From Firmicutes bacterium UBA4881 (lineage in GTDB: Bacteria; Bacillota; DTU065): DNA of 64,000 nucleotides. The notes beneath the pieces were generated by a model. That model did not search any database. It saw only the letters and a list, made by a program, of their open reading frames with translations, and was not told where the DNA came from. Of this stretch, positions 20,038 through 28,455 are shown one piece after another; within the stretch, counting starts at the first letter, position 1; each line of letters opens with the position of its first letter. The position numbers and the translations under genes are program-made. The stretch is from positions 97,366-161,365 of the forward strand of contig DHDH01000001.1 in assembly GCA_002399235.1 (NCBI GenBank), in the 5' to 3' direction.

Positions 20038-22107
20038 ATGGCTAAATATTTAGTGATTGTAGAATCCCCTGCGAAAGCCAAAACCATAAAAAAATTCTTG
20101 GGATCAAATTACATGGTTGAGGCGTCTATGGGACATGTAAGAGATCTTCCCAAAAGCCAGTTTGGCGTGAATATAGAAAAGGGCTTTGAACCAAAGTATA
20201 TCACCATTCGTGGTAAAGGTGACCTAATTAAAAAACTAAAAACACAAGCTAAAAAAGCTGACCGAGTCTACCTTGCTACTGACCCTGATCGAGAAGGTGA
20301 AGCTATTGCCTGGCATTTAGCTGAGATCTTAGAGCTAAATCCTAGAGACTCTATTCGCATAGCTTTCAATGAAATAACTAAAGACGCAGTTAAAGAAGCT
20401 AGCAAAAAACCACGTAATCTCGATTTGCAACTTATTGAAGCACAGCAAGCTAGGCGTATTCTCGATCGAATAGTTGGCTATAAGCTAAGTCCATTACTTT
20501 GGGCGAAAATAAAAAAAGGATTAAGTGCAGGTAGAGTTCAATCGGTAGCTGTAAGATTAATCGCCGAACGAGAAGAGGAAATTAATAGTTTTAGTCCAGA
20601 AGAGTATTGGACAATCGAAGGAATATTCAATACCACCAATGGTGATATAACTGCTAAACTTAACAAATGGCAAGGTGAGAAACCTTTATTACCTAATGAA
20701 GAAGAGACTAATAAAATACTTAACATTATTAAGACGGAGAACTTTATTATTAGCGATGTAGAGAAGAAAGAACGGAAAAGAAACCCTGCTCCTCCTTTTA
20801 CTACCTCTACCTTACAACAAGAAGCTTGGAAGAGGCTTAACTTTGCTGCTTCAAGAACAATGCGGGTGGCCCAAGAGCTTTATGAAGGTGTAGAGATTGG
20901 CAAAGAGGGTTCCTTAGGTTTAATTACTTATATGCGTACAGACTCTGTGCGGGTATCTGATCAAGCTGTGGAGCAAGCAAGACGTTTTTTACAAAATGAG
21001 CTAGGCGAAACATATGTTCCTAAAGATAAACGAGTTTACCAAACTGGGAAAAAAGCCCAAGATGCTCATGAAGCTATCCGTCCTAGCTATGTAGATAAAA
21101 CACCTGCTAACCTAAAAGCGTATCTATCTAGAGATCAATATAGATTATACGAATTAATCTGGATGCGTTTTCTTTCTAGCCAGGCAGAAAGTGCGGTCTT
21201 TGATACTATATCTATTAAAATTAATAGTTCTTCCGCCCAATTTACTGCTTCTGGTTCAACGCTAAAATTCCCCGGTTTTTTGAAACTTTATCCAGATCAA
21301 GAAAAGGAAACAGACTCTAAGTTGCCTAGCTTAAAAAAGGGCACTGCTGCCAAACTTAAAGATGTAAAAAGTGAGCAGCATTTTACTCAACCACCTCCAC
21401 GTTATAGTCAAGCTAGTTTAGTTAAAGAATTAGAAGAATTAGGTATTGGGAGACCAAGTACTTACGCTACTATTATTGAAACAATTAAGAAGCGTGGGTA
21501 TGTAGTAGAAGAAGAAAAACGCTTTGTACCTACTGAATTAGGGCAGGTAACAGTTGATCTTTTAAAAGATCATTTTAGTGATATCGTTGATGTGGATTTT
21601 ACTAGAGAATTAGAAGAAAAGTTAGATAATATTGAAGATGGTCAAAGCTCATCAAAAGAAATATTGGCTCAATTTTACGATGCCTTCGAATTAGAGTTGA
21701 AAAAGGCTGAAAAGTTAGCTGATAAGGTATCTATTGCTGATGAAACCACAGATGAACCATGTCCTAATTGTGGCAGGTTTTTAGTCGTCAAGATGGGGCG
21801 CTTTGGTAAGTTTTTAGCTTGTCCAGGTTTTCCTGATTGTAAATTTACTAAGCCACTTTTAAAACAAATGCCTGGGACCTGCCCTTTAGATGGCGGCAAT
21901 TTAGTAGAAAGAAGATCGAAAAAAGGCCGTGTTTTTTATGGTTGCGCTAATTACCCCAACTGTGAATTTAGTAGTTGGTATCCACCAACAAAGAAGAATT
22001 GTCCTAAATGTGGCACAACCATGGCTATAAAAGGTAGAGGTGCAAAAAAAGAGCTAATCTGCCTCAATAAAGATTGTGGTTATAGTGAAGCAGCTGGAGA
22101 TGAATAA
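20038..22107 (+). CDS. topA: DNA topoisomerase I
   Basis: TOPRIM N-terminus MAKYLVIVESPAKAKTIKKFLG, the active-site Tyr region, and C-terminal C4 zinc ribbons (CPNCG, CPKCG). Confidence 0.95.
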   Translation: MAKYLVIVESPAKAKTIKKFLGSNYMVEASMGHVRDLPKSQFGVNIEKGFEPKYITIRGKGDLIKKLKTQAKKADRVYLATDPDREGEAIAWHLAEILELNPRDSIRIAFNEITKDAVKEASKKPRNLDLQLIEAQQARRILDRIVGYKLSPLLWAKIKKGLSAGRVQSVAVRLIAEREEEINSFSPEEYWTIEGIFNTTNGDITAKLNKWQGEKPLLPNEEETNKILNIIKTENFIISDVEKKERKRNPAPPFTTSTLQQEAWKRLNFAASRTMRVAQELYEGVEIGKEGSLGLITYMRTDSVRVSDQAVEQARRFLQNELGETYVPKDKRVYQTGKKAQDAHEAIRPSYVDKTPANLKAYLSRDQYRLYELIWMRFLSSQAESAVFDTISIKINSSSAQFTASGSTLKFPGFLKLYPDQEKETDSKLPSLKKGTAAKLKDVKSEQHFTQPPPRYSQASLVKELEELGIGRPSTYATIIETIKKRGYVVEEEKRFVPTELGQVTVDLLKDHFSDIVDVDFTRELEEKLDNIEDGQSSSKEILAQFYDAFELELKKAEKLADKVSIADETTDEPCPNCGRFLVVKMGRFGKFLACPGFPDCKFTKPLLKQMPGTCPLDGGNLVERRSKKGRVFYGCANYPNCEFSSWYPPTKKNCPKCGTTMAIKGRGAKKELICLNKDCGYSEAAGDE

Positions 22108-23035
22108 AATGGAGCAAACTCTGAGTAAGGAAGTAGTTGAGAAATGGCTACAACGCTTCATCTTCTATATAGAAGTGGAAAGAGGTTATTCTGAGCACAC
22201 TGCCAGTGCTTATGCTACTGATCTAAAAGAGTTTTTTACCTTTTTAGAAACAGAGGGAAACTTCACTCTGTCACCACAAATTTTCAGGCGTTATCTGGCT
22301 TTTCTCCACGAATTAGAGCGAGAAAAAAGTACAGTAGCTAGGAAGCTCGCAGCTTTGCGTAGCTTCTTTCGCTATTTAGGAAAACGCGATCTTTATGAAG
22401 ATAACCCCTTAGCCGATATTAAAACCCCTAAAAGAGGCCACTACTTACCAACATTTCTCTATCCTAAAGAGATCGAGTTACTACTAGATGCACCAACTAA
22501 AACAACTACACTTGGCAAAAGAGATCGAGCTATACTAGAAGTTTTTTATAGTTCTGGACTACGTTTAGGTGAACTGGTTGGCTTAAATCTCAAAGATATC
22601 GACTGGGAGTTAGATTCGCTACTTATCCGCGGTAAAGGTAATAAAGAACGATTAGTACCAATTGGTTTTTATGCTGTAGATGCTTTACACGATTATCTGC
22701 AAAATAGCCGTCCCCAACTAATTAAAGCAGAGAAAGAAGAAGCTGTCTTTCTCAGTAACCGTGGTCAGAGGATAAATCGCCGTACAGTAGAATACATGGT
22801 TGATAAATATGTAAATCAAGTAGGATTAAACAGCAATATTTCGCCCCACTCGATTAGGCATACCTTTGCGACTCATCTACTAGAGAATGGTGCCGATATT
22901 CGTTCAGTCCAAGAATTACTCGGGCATGAGAATGTTTCCACTACCCAAATCTACACTCACCTTAGTCGCAAGAAATTACGTGAAGTTTATTTTTCTGCCC
23001 ATCCTCGTGCCAAAGGAGGCCCAAATGATGTTTGA
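22100..23035 (+). CDS. xerC: Tyrosine recombinase XerC (CodV-like)
   Basis: Phage-integrase fold with the R..HxxR..Y catalytic residues ([38 protein letters not shown]). The topA-xerC-hslV-hslU order mirrors B. subtilis codV-clpQ-clpY. The start is ambiguous between ATG 22100 and ATG 22109. Confidence 0.85.
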   Translation: MNKMEQTLSKEVVEKWLQRFIFYIEVERGYSEHTASAYATDLKEFFTFLETEGNFTLSPQIFRRYLAFLHELEREKSTVARKLAALRSFFRYLGKRDLYEDNPLADIKTPKRGHYLPTFLYPKEIELLLDAPTKTTTLGKRDRAILEVFYSSGLRLGELVGLNLKDIDWELDSLLIRGKGNKERLVPIGFYAVDALHDYLQNSRPQLIKAEKEEAVFLSNRGQRINRRTVEYMVDKYVNQVGLNSNISPHSIRHTFATHLLENGADIRSVQELLGHENVSTTQIYTHLSRKKLREVYFSAHPRAKGGPNDV

Positions 23036-23564
23036 GGGAACCACAATTATTGCTGTAAAAAGAGATAACCAAGTTGCTATTGGTGGCGATGGTCAAGTTA
23101 CTTTTGCTGAAAAAACTATCTTTAAAGCCAAAGCTAAAAAAGTTCGTTATCTCTATAACGGTCAGATCTTAGCTGGATTTGCAGGTTCTGTAGCTGATGC
23201 TTTTACCTTGTATGAAAGATTTGAGAAGAAATTAGAAGCTCATAAAGGGAATCTAGTTCGAGCTAGTGTTGAATTGGCTAAAGATTGGCGTAGCGATCGG
23301 GTTTTGCAAAAACTAGAAGCAATGCTATTAGTTGCAGATAAAGAACAGCTTTTGGTGGTCTCAGGATCAGGAGAAGTTATTGAACCTGATGATAACATTG
23401 CTGCGGTTGGTTCTGGTGGTAGTTATGCTTTAAGTGCTGCTAGAGCACTTTATCGCCATTCTTCTTTAAACGCCAAAGAAATTGTGGAAGAAAGTCTGAA
23501 GATTGCTTCGGAAATATGTGTATATACTAATGATCAAATCTCTGTTTTGGAATTGGAGGTTTGA
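23025..23564 (+). CDS. hslV: ATP-dependent protease subunit HslV (ClpQ)
   Basis: From ATG 23025, [26 protein letters not shown] places the N-terminal Thr nucleophile. The ORF-track start 22887 is an upstream extension overlapping xerC. Confidence 0.95.
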   Translation: MMFEGTTIIAVKRDNQVAIGGDGQVTFAEKTIFKAKAKKVRYLYNGQILAGFAGSVADAFTLYERFEKKLEAHKGNLVRASVELAKDWRSDRVLQKLEAMLLVADKEQLLVVSGSGEVIEPDDNIAAVGSGGSYALSAARALYRHSSLNAKEIVEESLKIASEICVYTNDQISVLELEV

Positions 23565-24928
23565 ATATGGAAGGTATGACTCCTAAAGAAATTGTTGCTT
23601 ATTTGAATAAATATATCATAGGCCAGGATAAAGCGAAAAGAGCAGTTGCCGTAGCCTTAAGAAATAGACAAAGGCGTCGTGAACTTGCTACTGAACTAAG
23701 AGAAGAAATTGCGCCTAAAAATATTCTTATGATTGGCCCGACAGGTGTAGGAAAGACTGAGATTGCTAGACGACTAGCTCGTTTAGTTGGAGCACCTTTT
23801 GTTAAGGTCGAAGCAACTAAATTTACCGAAGTAGGTTATGTTGGTCGCGATGTCGATTCGATTATCAGAGATTTGGTTGAAGAAGCTAGACGTATGATTA
23901 AAAAAGAGAGTATGGAAGAAGTTAGGGAAAAAGCTAAAAAGCAAGCGGAACTAGCTTTGATTGAGATATTAGCACCATCGAAAAAGGGAGAACAAAAGAG
24001 CCCTTTTTCTGTTTTGTTTGGTGGGGAGGAAAAAAGTGAACCGCTAATTTCTCCACCTGAAGAACGAGAAGAGATTATAGCAAAATTAAATAATGGTGAA
24101 TTGGAAGAACAGTTAGTAGAACTAGATGTCCCTGAGAAAGAAGCTAAAGTAGATCTATTTACCTTAGGACTAGATGATATGAGTTTTAATCTCCAAGATC
24201 TTTTTAGTGGGGTCTTACCAGGTAAATCTGTTAAGAAAAAGGTAACTGTGAAAAAAGCTAGAGAAATATTAACTGATCTTGAGGCTGAAAAGCTCTTAGA
24301 TCCCGATGAAATTAACCAAAAAGCTATGATCTTAGCTGAGAATGAAGGTATTGTTTTCATTGATGAAATAGATAAAATCGCTGGCGGTAATTCTTCTAGA
24401 GGGCCTGATGTTTCAAGAGAAGGTGTACAAAGAGATATCTTACCGATAATTGAAGGTTCAGTTGTACCCACCCGCTATGGTCCAGTAAAAACCGATCACA
24501 TTCTTTTTATTGCTGCTGGTGCCTTCCATATCTCAAAACCTTCGGAATTAATTCCAGAATTACAAGGCCGTTTACCTGTGAGGGTTGAATTAGCAAGTCT
24601 TTCGGAAACTGATTTTGTGCGTATACTTACAGAACCAGAGTTTTCCCTTTTAGTACAATATAGAGAACTATTAGCAACCGAAGGAGTTAAATTAGAGTTC
24701 ACTAAAGACGGTATAGCAGAAATTGCTGCTTCAGCGTGCAAAGTGAATGAGAATACTGAAGATATTGGTGCAAGGAGACTCCATACAATCCTCGAGAATG
24801 TTCTTGAAGATGTCTCTTTTAATGCACCTGAATTTGTTGGCAAAACCGTAGTTATCGATAAAAAATATGTCGTCGATAAACTAGGCGATCTAGTTGCCGA
24901 TAGGGATCTGAGCCAATATATTCTTTAA
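23561..24928 (+). CDS. hslU: ATP-dependent protease ATPase subunit HslU (ClpY)
   Basis: Walker [16 protein letters not shown], an I-domain insertion, and the sensor motifs. Confidence 0.95.
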   Translation: MNMEGMTPKEIVAYLNKYIIGQDKAKRAVAVALRNRQRRRELATELREEIAPKNILMIGPTGVGKTEIARRLARLVGAPFVKVEATKFTEVGYVGRDVDSIIRDLVEEARRMIKKESMEEVREKAKKQAELALIEILAPSKKGEQKSPFSVLFGGEEKSEPLISPPEEREEIIAKLNNGELEEQLVELDVPEKEAKVDLFTLGLDDMSFNLQDLFSGVLPGKSVKKKVTVKKAREILTDLEAEKLLDPDEINQKAMILAENEGIVFIDEIDKIAGGNSSRGPDVSREGVQRDILPIIEGSVVPTRYGPVKTDHILFIAAGAFHISKPSELIPELQGRLPVRVELASLSETDFVRILTEPEFSLLVQYRELLATEGVKLEFTKDGIAEIAASACKVNENTEDIGARRLHTILENVLEDVSFNAPEFVGKTVVIDKKYVVDKLGDLVADRDLSQYIL

Positions 24929-25431
24929 TTAAGATGATCATTTTCAGATAAGGTTTATAGTTTTAGCTCTAAAAAATAAAAGTAGCCATAAGATATAATT
25001 GGTTTTGACGAAAAAGGTGGATAAATATAGTACCTATTTCTGTTAAAAAATTCGCTAAGATGTTTGTTAAAGCTAACCCTGATTATTTTCTCAACCAGAT
25101 CACCAGTAGCTTAGAAGTAGCAATTAAGAGAAAAAAAGAGGGCTGAAAGTGTTCTAACTTCTGAAATACTATTTGGGCCATTGGAAGTGCAGTAACAGGG
25201 TAGGATATCAGTTTTACCTTCCTTACAGGTGAAACCAATGAAGCAAACAACTTCGAAATAACTTAGGTCTGTTATTAAATCAGTTTTTATAAGAAAGATG
25301 TTCTTTTTCTACAAGGAAGGGAGCATCTTTTTTTGTGATTAAGTGAAAAGCATTGCTTAAAAAAATAGAAGGGTAATCTAGCCTGAGTTATTAAAGTAGT
25401 ATAATAGATTGTTAAAATTGGAGGTGACAAG

Positions 25432-26202
25432 ATGGAGGGAGCAATTAATATACTTAACTTTGATCAGGTATACCAAAATCAAAAGTCTTGGCAGAGTAAT
25501 AAGTGTGAGTGGATTAACCTACTTGATCTAAAAAGTGTTAATGGTTATTGTTCATCAGGATCTTTGCGAGTAATAGATAAAAAGTTACGAAAGCGTCATA
25601 ATAAAGATATTACTTTAATTGGTAGTGGCAACTATCATTATGTTACTTATCTGCTTTTGGCGGAAAGGAAATCACCATTTTCTTTGGTTTTATTTGATAA
25701 CCATACAGAGATGATGCCACCTCCATGTAAGTCATTAGTTTCTTGCGGATCTTGGGTATTAAACTCGCTTAAGCACCTACCTTTATTGAAAAAGGTAGTA
25801 ATTATTGGGGCTAGAGCTGATCTAGCAGCAGTAATACCCAGAAAATTCAACAGTAAGGTAGCTGTTTTTTCTACGCTAAATTGGCAAGCAACTTTAGCTA
25901 ATGAGATTCTTAACGCTATTCCCACTCAAGATATCTATATTAGTATAGATAAAGATGTTCTTAATAAGTCGGAGGCTATAACTAACTGGGATCAAGGTAG
26001 TATGAAATTAGCTGATTTACTTGTTTTACTTAAGTTTCTAGGCCGCTATAAAAAAGTTTATGGTTTAGATATCTGTGGTGAGTTGCCAACGTCACCTGTA
26101 GACTTTTTTAAAAAGAAAGTTGTTAAAGCTAACCGTATTAACGAAAAAGCTAATTGTCGAATTCTAGAAGTTGTGAAAAGAGATTATCGGGAGGGTTGTT
26201 AA
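25432..26202 (+). CDS. Divergent arginase/ureohydrolase-fold protein
   Basis: Three motif blocks align with arginase-family metal sites but are degenerate: GSGNYH (vs GGDHS), FDNHTE (vs DAHxD), SIDKDVLNK (vs SxDxDxLDP). Confidence 0.45.
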   Translation: MEGAINILNFDQVYQNQKSWQSNKCEWINLLDLKSVNGYCSSGSLRVIDKKLRKRHNKDITLIGSGNYHYVTYLLLAERKSPFSLVLFDNHTEMMPPPCKSLVSCGSWVLNSLKHLPLLKKVVIIGARADLAAVIPRKFNSKVAVFSTLNWQATLANEILNAIPTQDIYISIDKDVLNKSEAITNWDQGSMKLADLLVLLKFLGRYKKVYGLDICGELPTSPVDFFKKKVVKANRINEKANCRILEVVKRDYREGC

Positions 26203-26287
26203 TAACATCAGCTTACTGATTGAGACCTAGGTTAGAAGCAAGACTATTTTAGATTCTCTACTCCTACTAAAATAGTATAATACCTAG

Positions 26288-26324
26288 AAGGCCTAGCCAG
26301 GTGATAGAAACCTAGCTAGGCCTT
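26288..26324. terminator. Bidirectional terminator between convergent genes
   Basis: Perfect 10 bp inverted repeat AAGGCCTAGC..GCTAGGCCTT between a + strand gene end (26202) and a - strand gene end (26350). Confidence 0.6.
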
Positions 26325-26349
26325 AAATCAACAGTTATTTGGGTTTTGG

Positions 26350-27429
26350 TTAATAACGGTAAATCACAGGATCCCTATTTTGCGAATCCTCTAAAACAGG
26401 GCTTTGAACGAAACGATTATCTTTTAGGAGATTAATCTCTCTAGCCATGGCATATTTAGTGTAAGTGAAGATTTCTTGAACTGTAATTTTGCGATCTTGA
26501 TTGAAATCAGCACTACGGTTAATTAAACCTAGAAGAAAATGCTTAGTAAAAAAGCCTAAGCCGCCATCATTGATGTATTGATAGGAGTTTTGTTCGGCAG
26601 TAGAAGAAGCTAAAACTACATAACCAGAATTTTGCAAAGCTCTAGTGGCAACCTTGCCATCAAAAAGTGAACCAGCGTTACAAGAATCGACAATGAGAGT
26701 AATATCTTTGGTAGGCATAGAGTTAAAGATCTCTTTTAGCTCGGTGTCAGTTAAACAATCAGGATTGGGGTCAGAGTTAGAGAAATTGTAGAGAGCTAAA
26801 AGATCTTGTGTACCATGACCAGAAAAATAAACTACCAGATAATCTTCTGGTTTTAGTTGGTTTTTAATCTTTTGGAATAGCGAAAGGATATTTTCTTTAT
26901 TAGCATCCTCGTCGCGTACGGTGATAACATTGCTAGGACCTTTAGTTAGAAACTCCTCTACAGCAGTTGCATCAGCAGAGTTAAGCGGACTGTAATTAGC
27001 ATAATTACTAACACCAATAATTAGATAATGGGCTTTGCCAACAGGGAAAAAAACTGTGTTTATTACATTAGGTAGGACTTCAACATCATATTGGTAAGGC
27101 GCACTTAACTGTGGAGCTTCCACTGTGATTGTTTGCATTCCTTCTAATAAGCCTTCTAGGAGGAAACAGCCATCTTCTTTAACTAAGGTTGCCTTCTTAG
27201 TTCCGTTAACAGAAACTTTGGCTCCAGAGAGAGGGGCATAACCAAGAGGTATAGCTGAGCTTGGTTTAAGGGTTGTTATTTCCTCTAAACTAGGATAGAG
27301 AATCTCTTCTCTAATGACAATTTTACCAGCGATACTTCCCTTTTTTATATTTTGGATAAGACATCCTGTTAACAATGTACTAAGTAATAATAACCAAACT
27401 AGGGCTAATAACCATTTAGTTTTTTTCAT
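26350..27429 (-). CDS. Caspase-domain (peptidase C14) lipoprotein with C-terminal EF-hand-like loop
   Basis: Lipobox LLTGC, then a beta-sandwich N-domain. The His/Cys dyad sits in YFSGHG and DSCNAG. The C-terminus carries a DFNQDRKITVQE Ca-binding-like loop. Start set at MKKTKW. Confidence 0.75.
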   Translation of the reverse strand: MKKTKWLLALVWLLLLSTLLTGCLIQNIKKGSIAGKIVIREEILYPSLEEITTLKPSSAIPLGYAPLSGAKVSVNGTKKATLVKEDGCFLLEGLLEGMQTITVEAPQLSAPYQYDVEVLPNVINTVFFPVGKAHYLIIGVSNYANYSPLNSADATAVEEFLTKGPSNVITVRDEDANKENILSLFQKIKNQLKPEDYLVVYFSGHGTQDLLALYNFSNSDPNPDCLTDTELKEIFNSMPTKDITLIVDSCNAGSLFDGKVATRALQNSGYVVLASSTAEQNSYQYINDGGLGFFTKHFLLGLINRSADFNQDRKITVQEIFTYTKYAMAREINLLKDNRFVQSPVLEDSQNRDPVIYRY

Positions 27430-28309
27430 ATATATCACCTTTATTAGGTACATAAAGATTTAGTTTTTCGGTATGTATTGAGGCAACAAGAGGTGTAACT
27501 CCTCTGATTTCGCCATCACACATCTTAGGATGGGGTTCTAAACTTTCTATTTTAATATTTTTAGCTTTAATAAACTCAACTTTAGGGTGATTAACATGGG
27601 TACCAGAATAAGCTTTAGGAAGTACCTTTAATAGTTCTAAACCTTTGATATCGTTAACAATAACTAGATCTAACATACCATCAGTAGGATCTGCCATGGG
27701 AGCTAAAAATAGACCACCACCTGTGTAAGCGGTATTCATTACATAGGTAAGTACTGATTCGAGTTCGCGAACTTTATCATCAGCTTCAATACATAACTTC
27801 ATCGGTTTTAGAGTCATAGCAGTTTGGATTATAGCCAATAAGATGGCCAAAGGTCCTTTAATTAGGCGATTTTGACGCCGGCTGTTAACTTTAATCATTA
27901 CTTCCGAAGCGAGTCCTAAAGCTACAGAACAGACAAAGAGACCATCAGCTTCAAGGCCTAGATCAAGAGATATAGTCTTTCCTGAGACGATCGATTGTAA
28001 GCTCTCAAGACCAAAAGGTATCTGTAAAGAACGAGCTAGGTCATTACCAGTTCCTAATGGTACAATGCAGAGAGGTTTGTTTTTAGGCATACCACAGACA
28101 ACTTCGTTAATGGTACCATCGCCTCCAACGGCAATAATGCCATCATAGTCGACTGCATCTGCTGCTAGGGAAGAAGCGTGCCCAGGTTCTTTAGTTAAAT
28201 ATATTTCGTAAGGGATTTTTAATTCATCTAACTCCTGTTTTAACATGGGTAGAGCAGCTTTGGTCCGCCCTCTCCCAGCAACAGGATTGGCAATTACTTT
28301 ATAAGTCAT
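27416..28309 (-). CDS. Diacylglycerol/lipid kinase family protein (YegS/DagK-like)
   Basis: NPVAGRGR and AVGGDGTINEV motifs of the DAGK catalytic domain. It overlaps the caspase gene start, suggesting an operon. Confidence 0.85.
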   Translation of the reverse strand: MTYKVIANPVAGRGRTKAALPMLKQELDELKIPYEIYLTKEPGHASSLAADAVDYDGIIAVGGDGTINEVVCGMPKNKPLCIVPLGTGNDLARSLQIPFGLESLQSIVSGKTISLDLGLEADGLFVCSVALGLASEVMIKVNSRRQNRLIKGPLAILLAIIQTAMTLKPMKLCIEADDKVRELESVLTYVMNTAYTGGGLFLAPMADPTDGMLDLVIVNDIKGLELLKVLPKAYSGTHVNHPKVEFIKAKNIKIESLEPHPKMCDGEIRGVTPLVASIHTEKLNLYVPNKGDIYEKN

Positions 28310-28412
28310 TTTTTTGCCTCACTTTATATCTTGGTATATTTGAAATGATTCGCTTGTTAGATGCTGGTTCCTCCTGTAATCTTTAGTACTCTAATGATTA
28401 GAAGAGATAAAA

Positions 28413-28449
28413 GGAGAAAAAAGCAAAGAAGGGTTCAAAGCCCTTCTTT
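28413..28449 (-). terminator. Terminator downstream of the dnaE2-like gene
   Basis: AAAGAAGGG-ttcaaag-CCCTTCTTT hairpin with a T-run on the minus strand. Confidence 0.5.
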
Positions 28450-28455
28450 GTTAGC

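Noticed and set aside
23836-24843. Two antisense ORFs (211 aa and 115 aa) inside hslU
   Set aside because: Serine- and leucine-rich compositionally biased products, typical of antisense frames in AT-rich coding DNA. hslU on the + strand is unambiguous.
24929-25431. Possible riboswitch or T-box in the 500 bp spacer after hslU
   Set aside because: No recognisable conserved core (T-box AGGGTGGNACCGCG, SAM, GEMM, etc.) was found by eye. Only a weak hairpin is present near 25300-25345.
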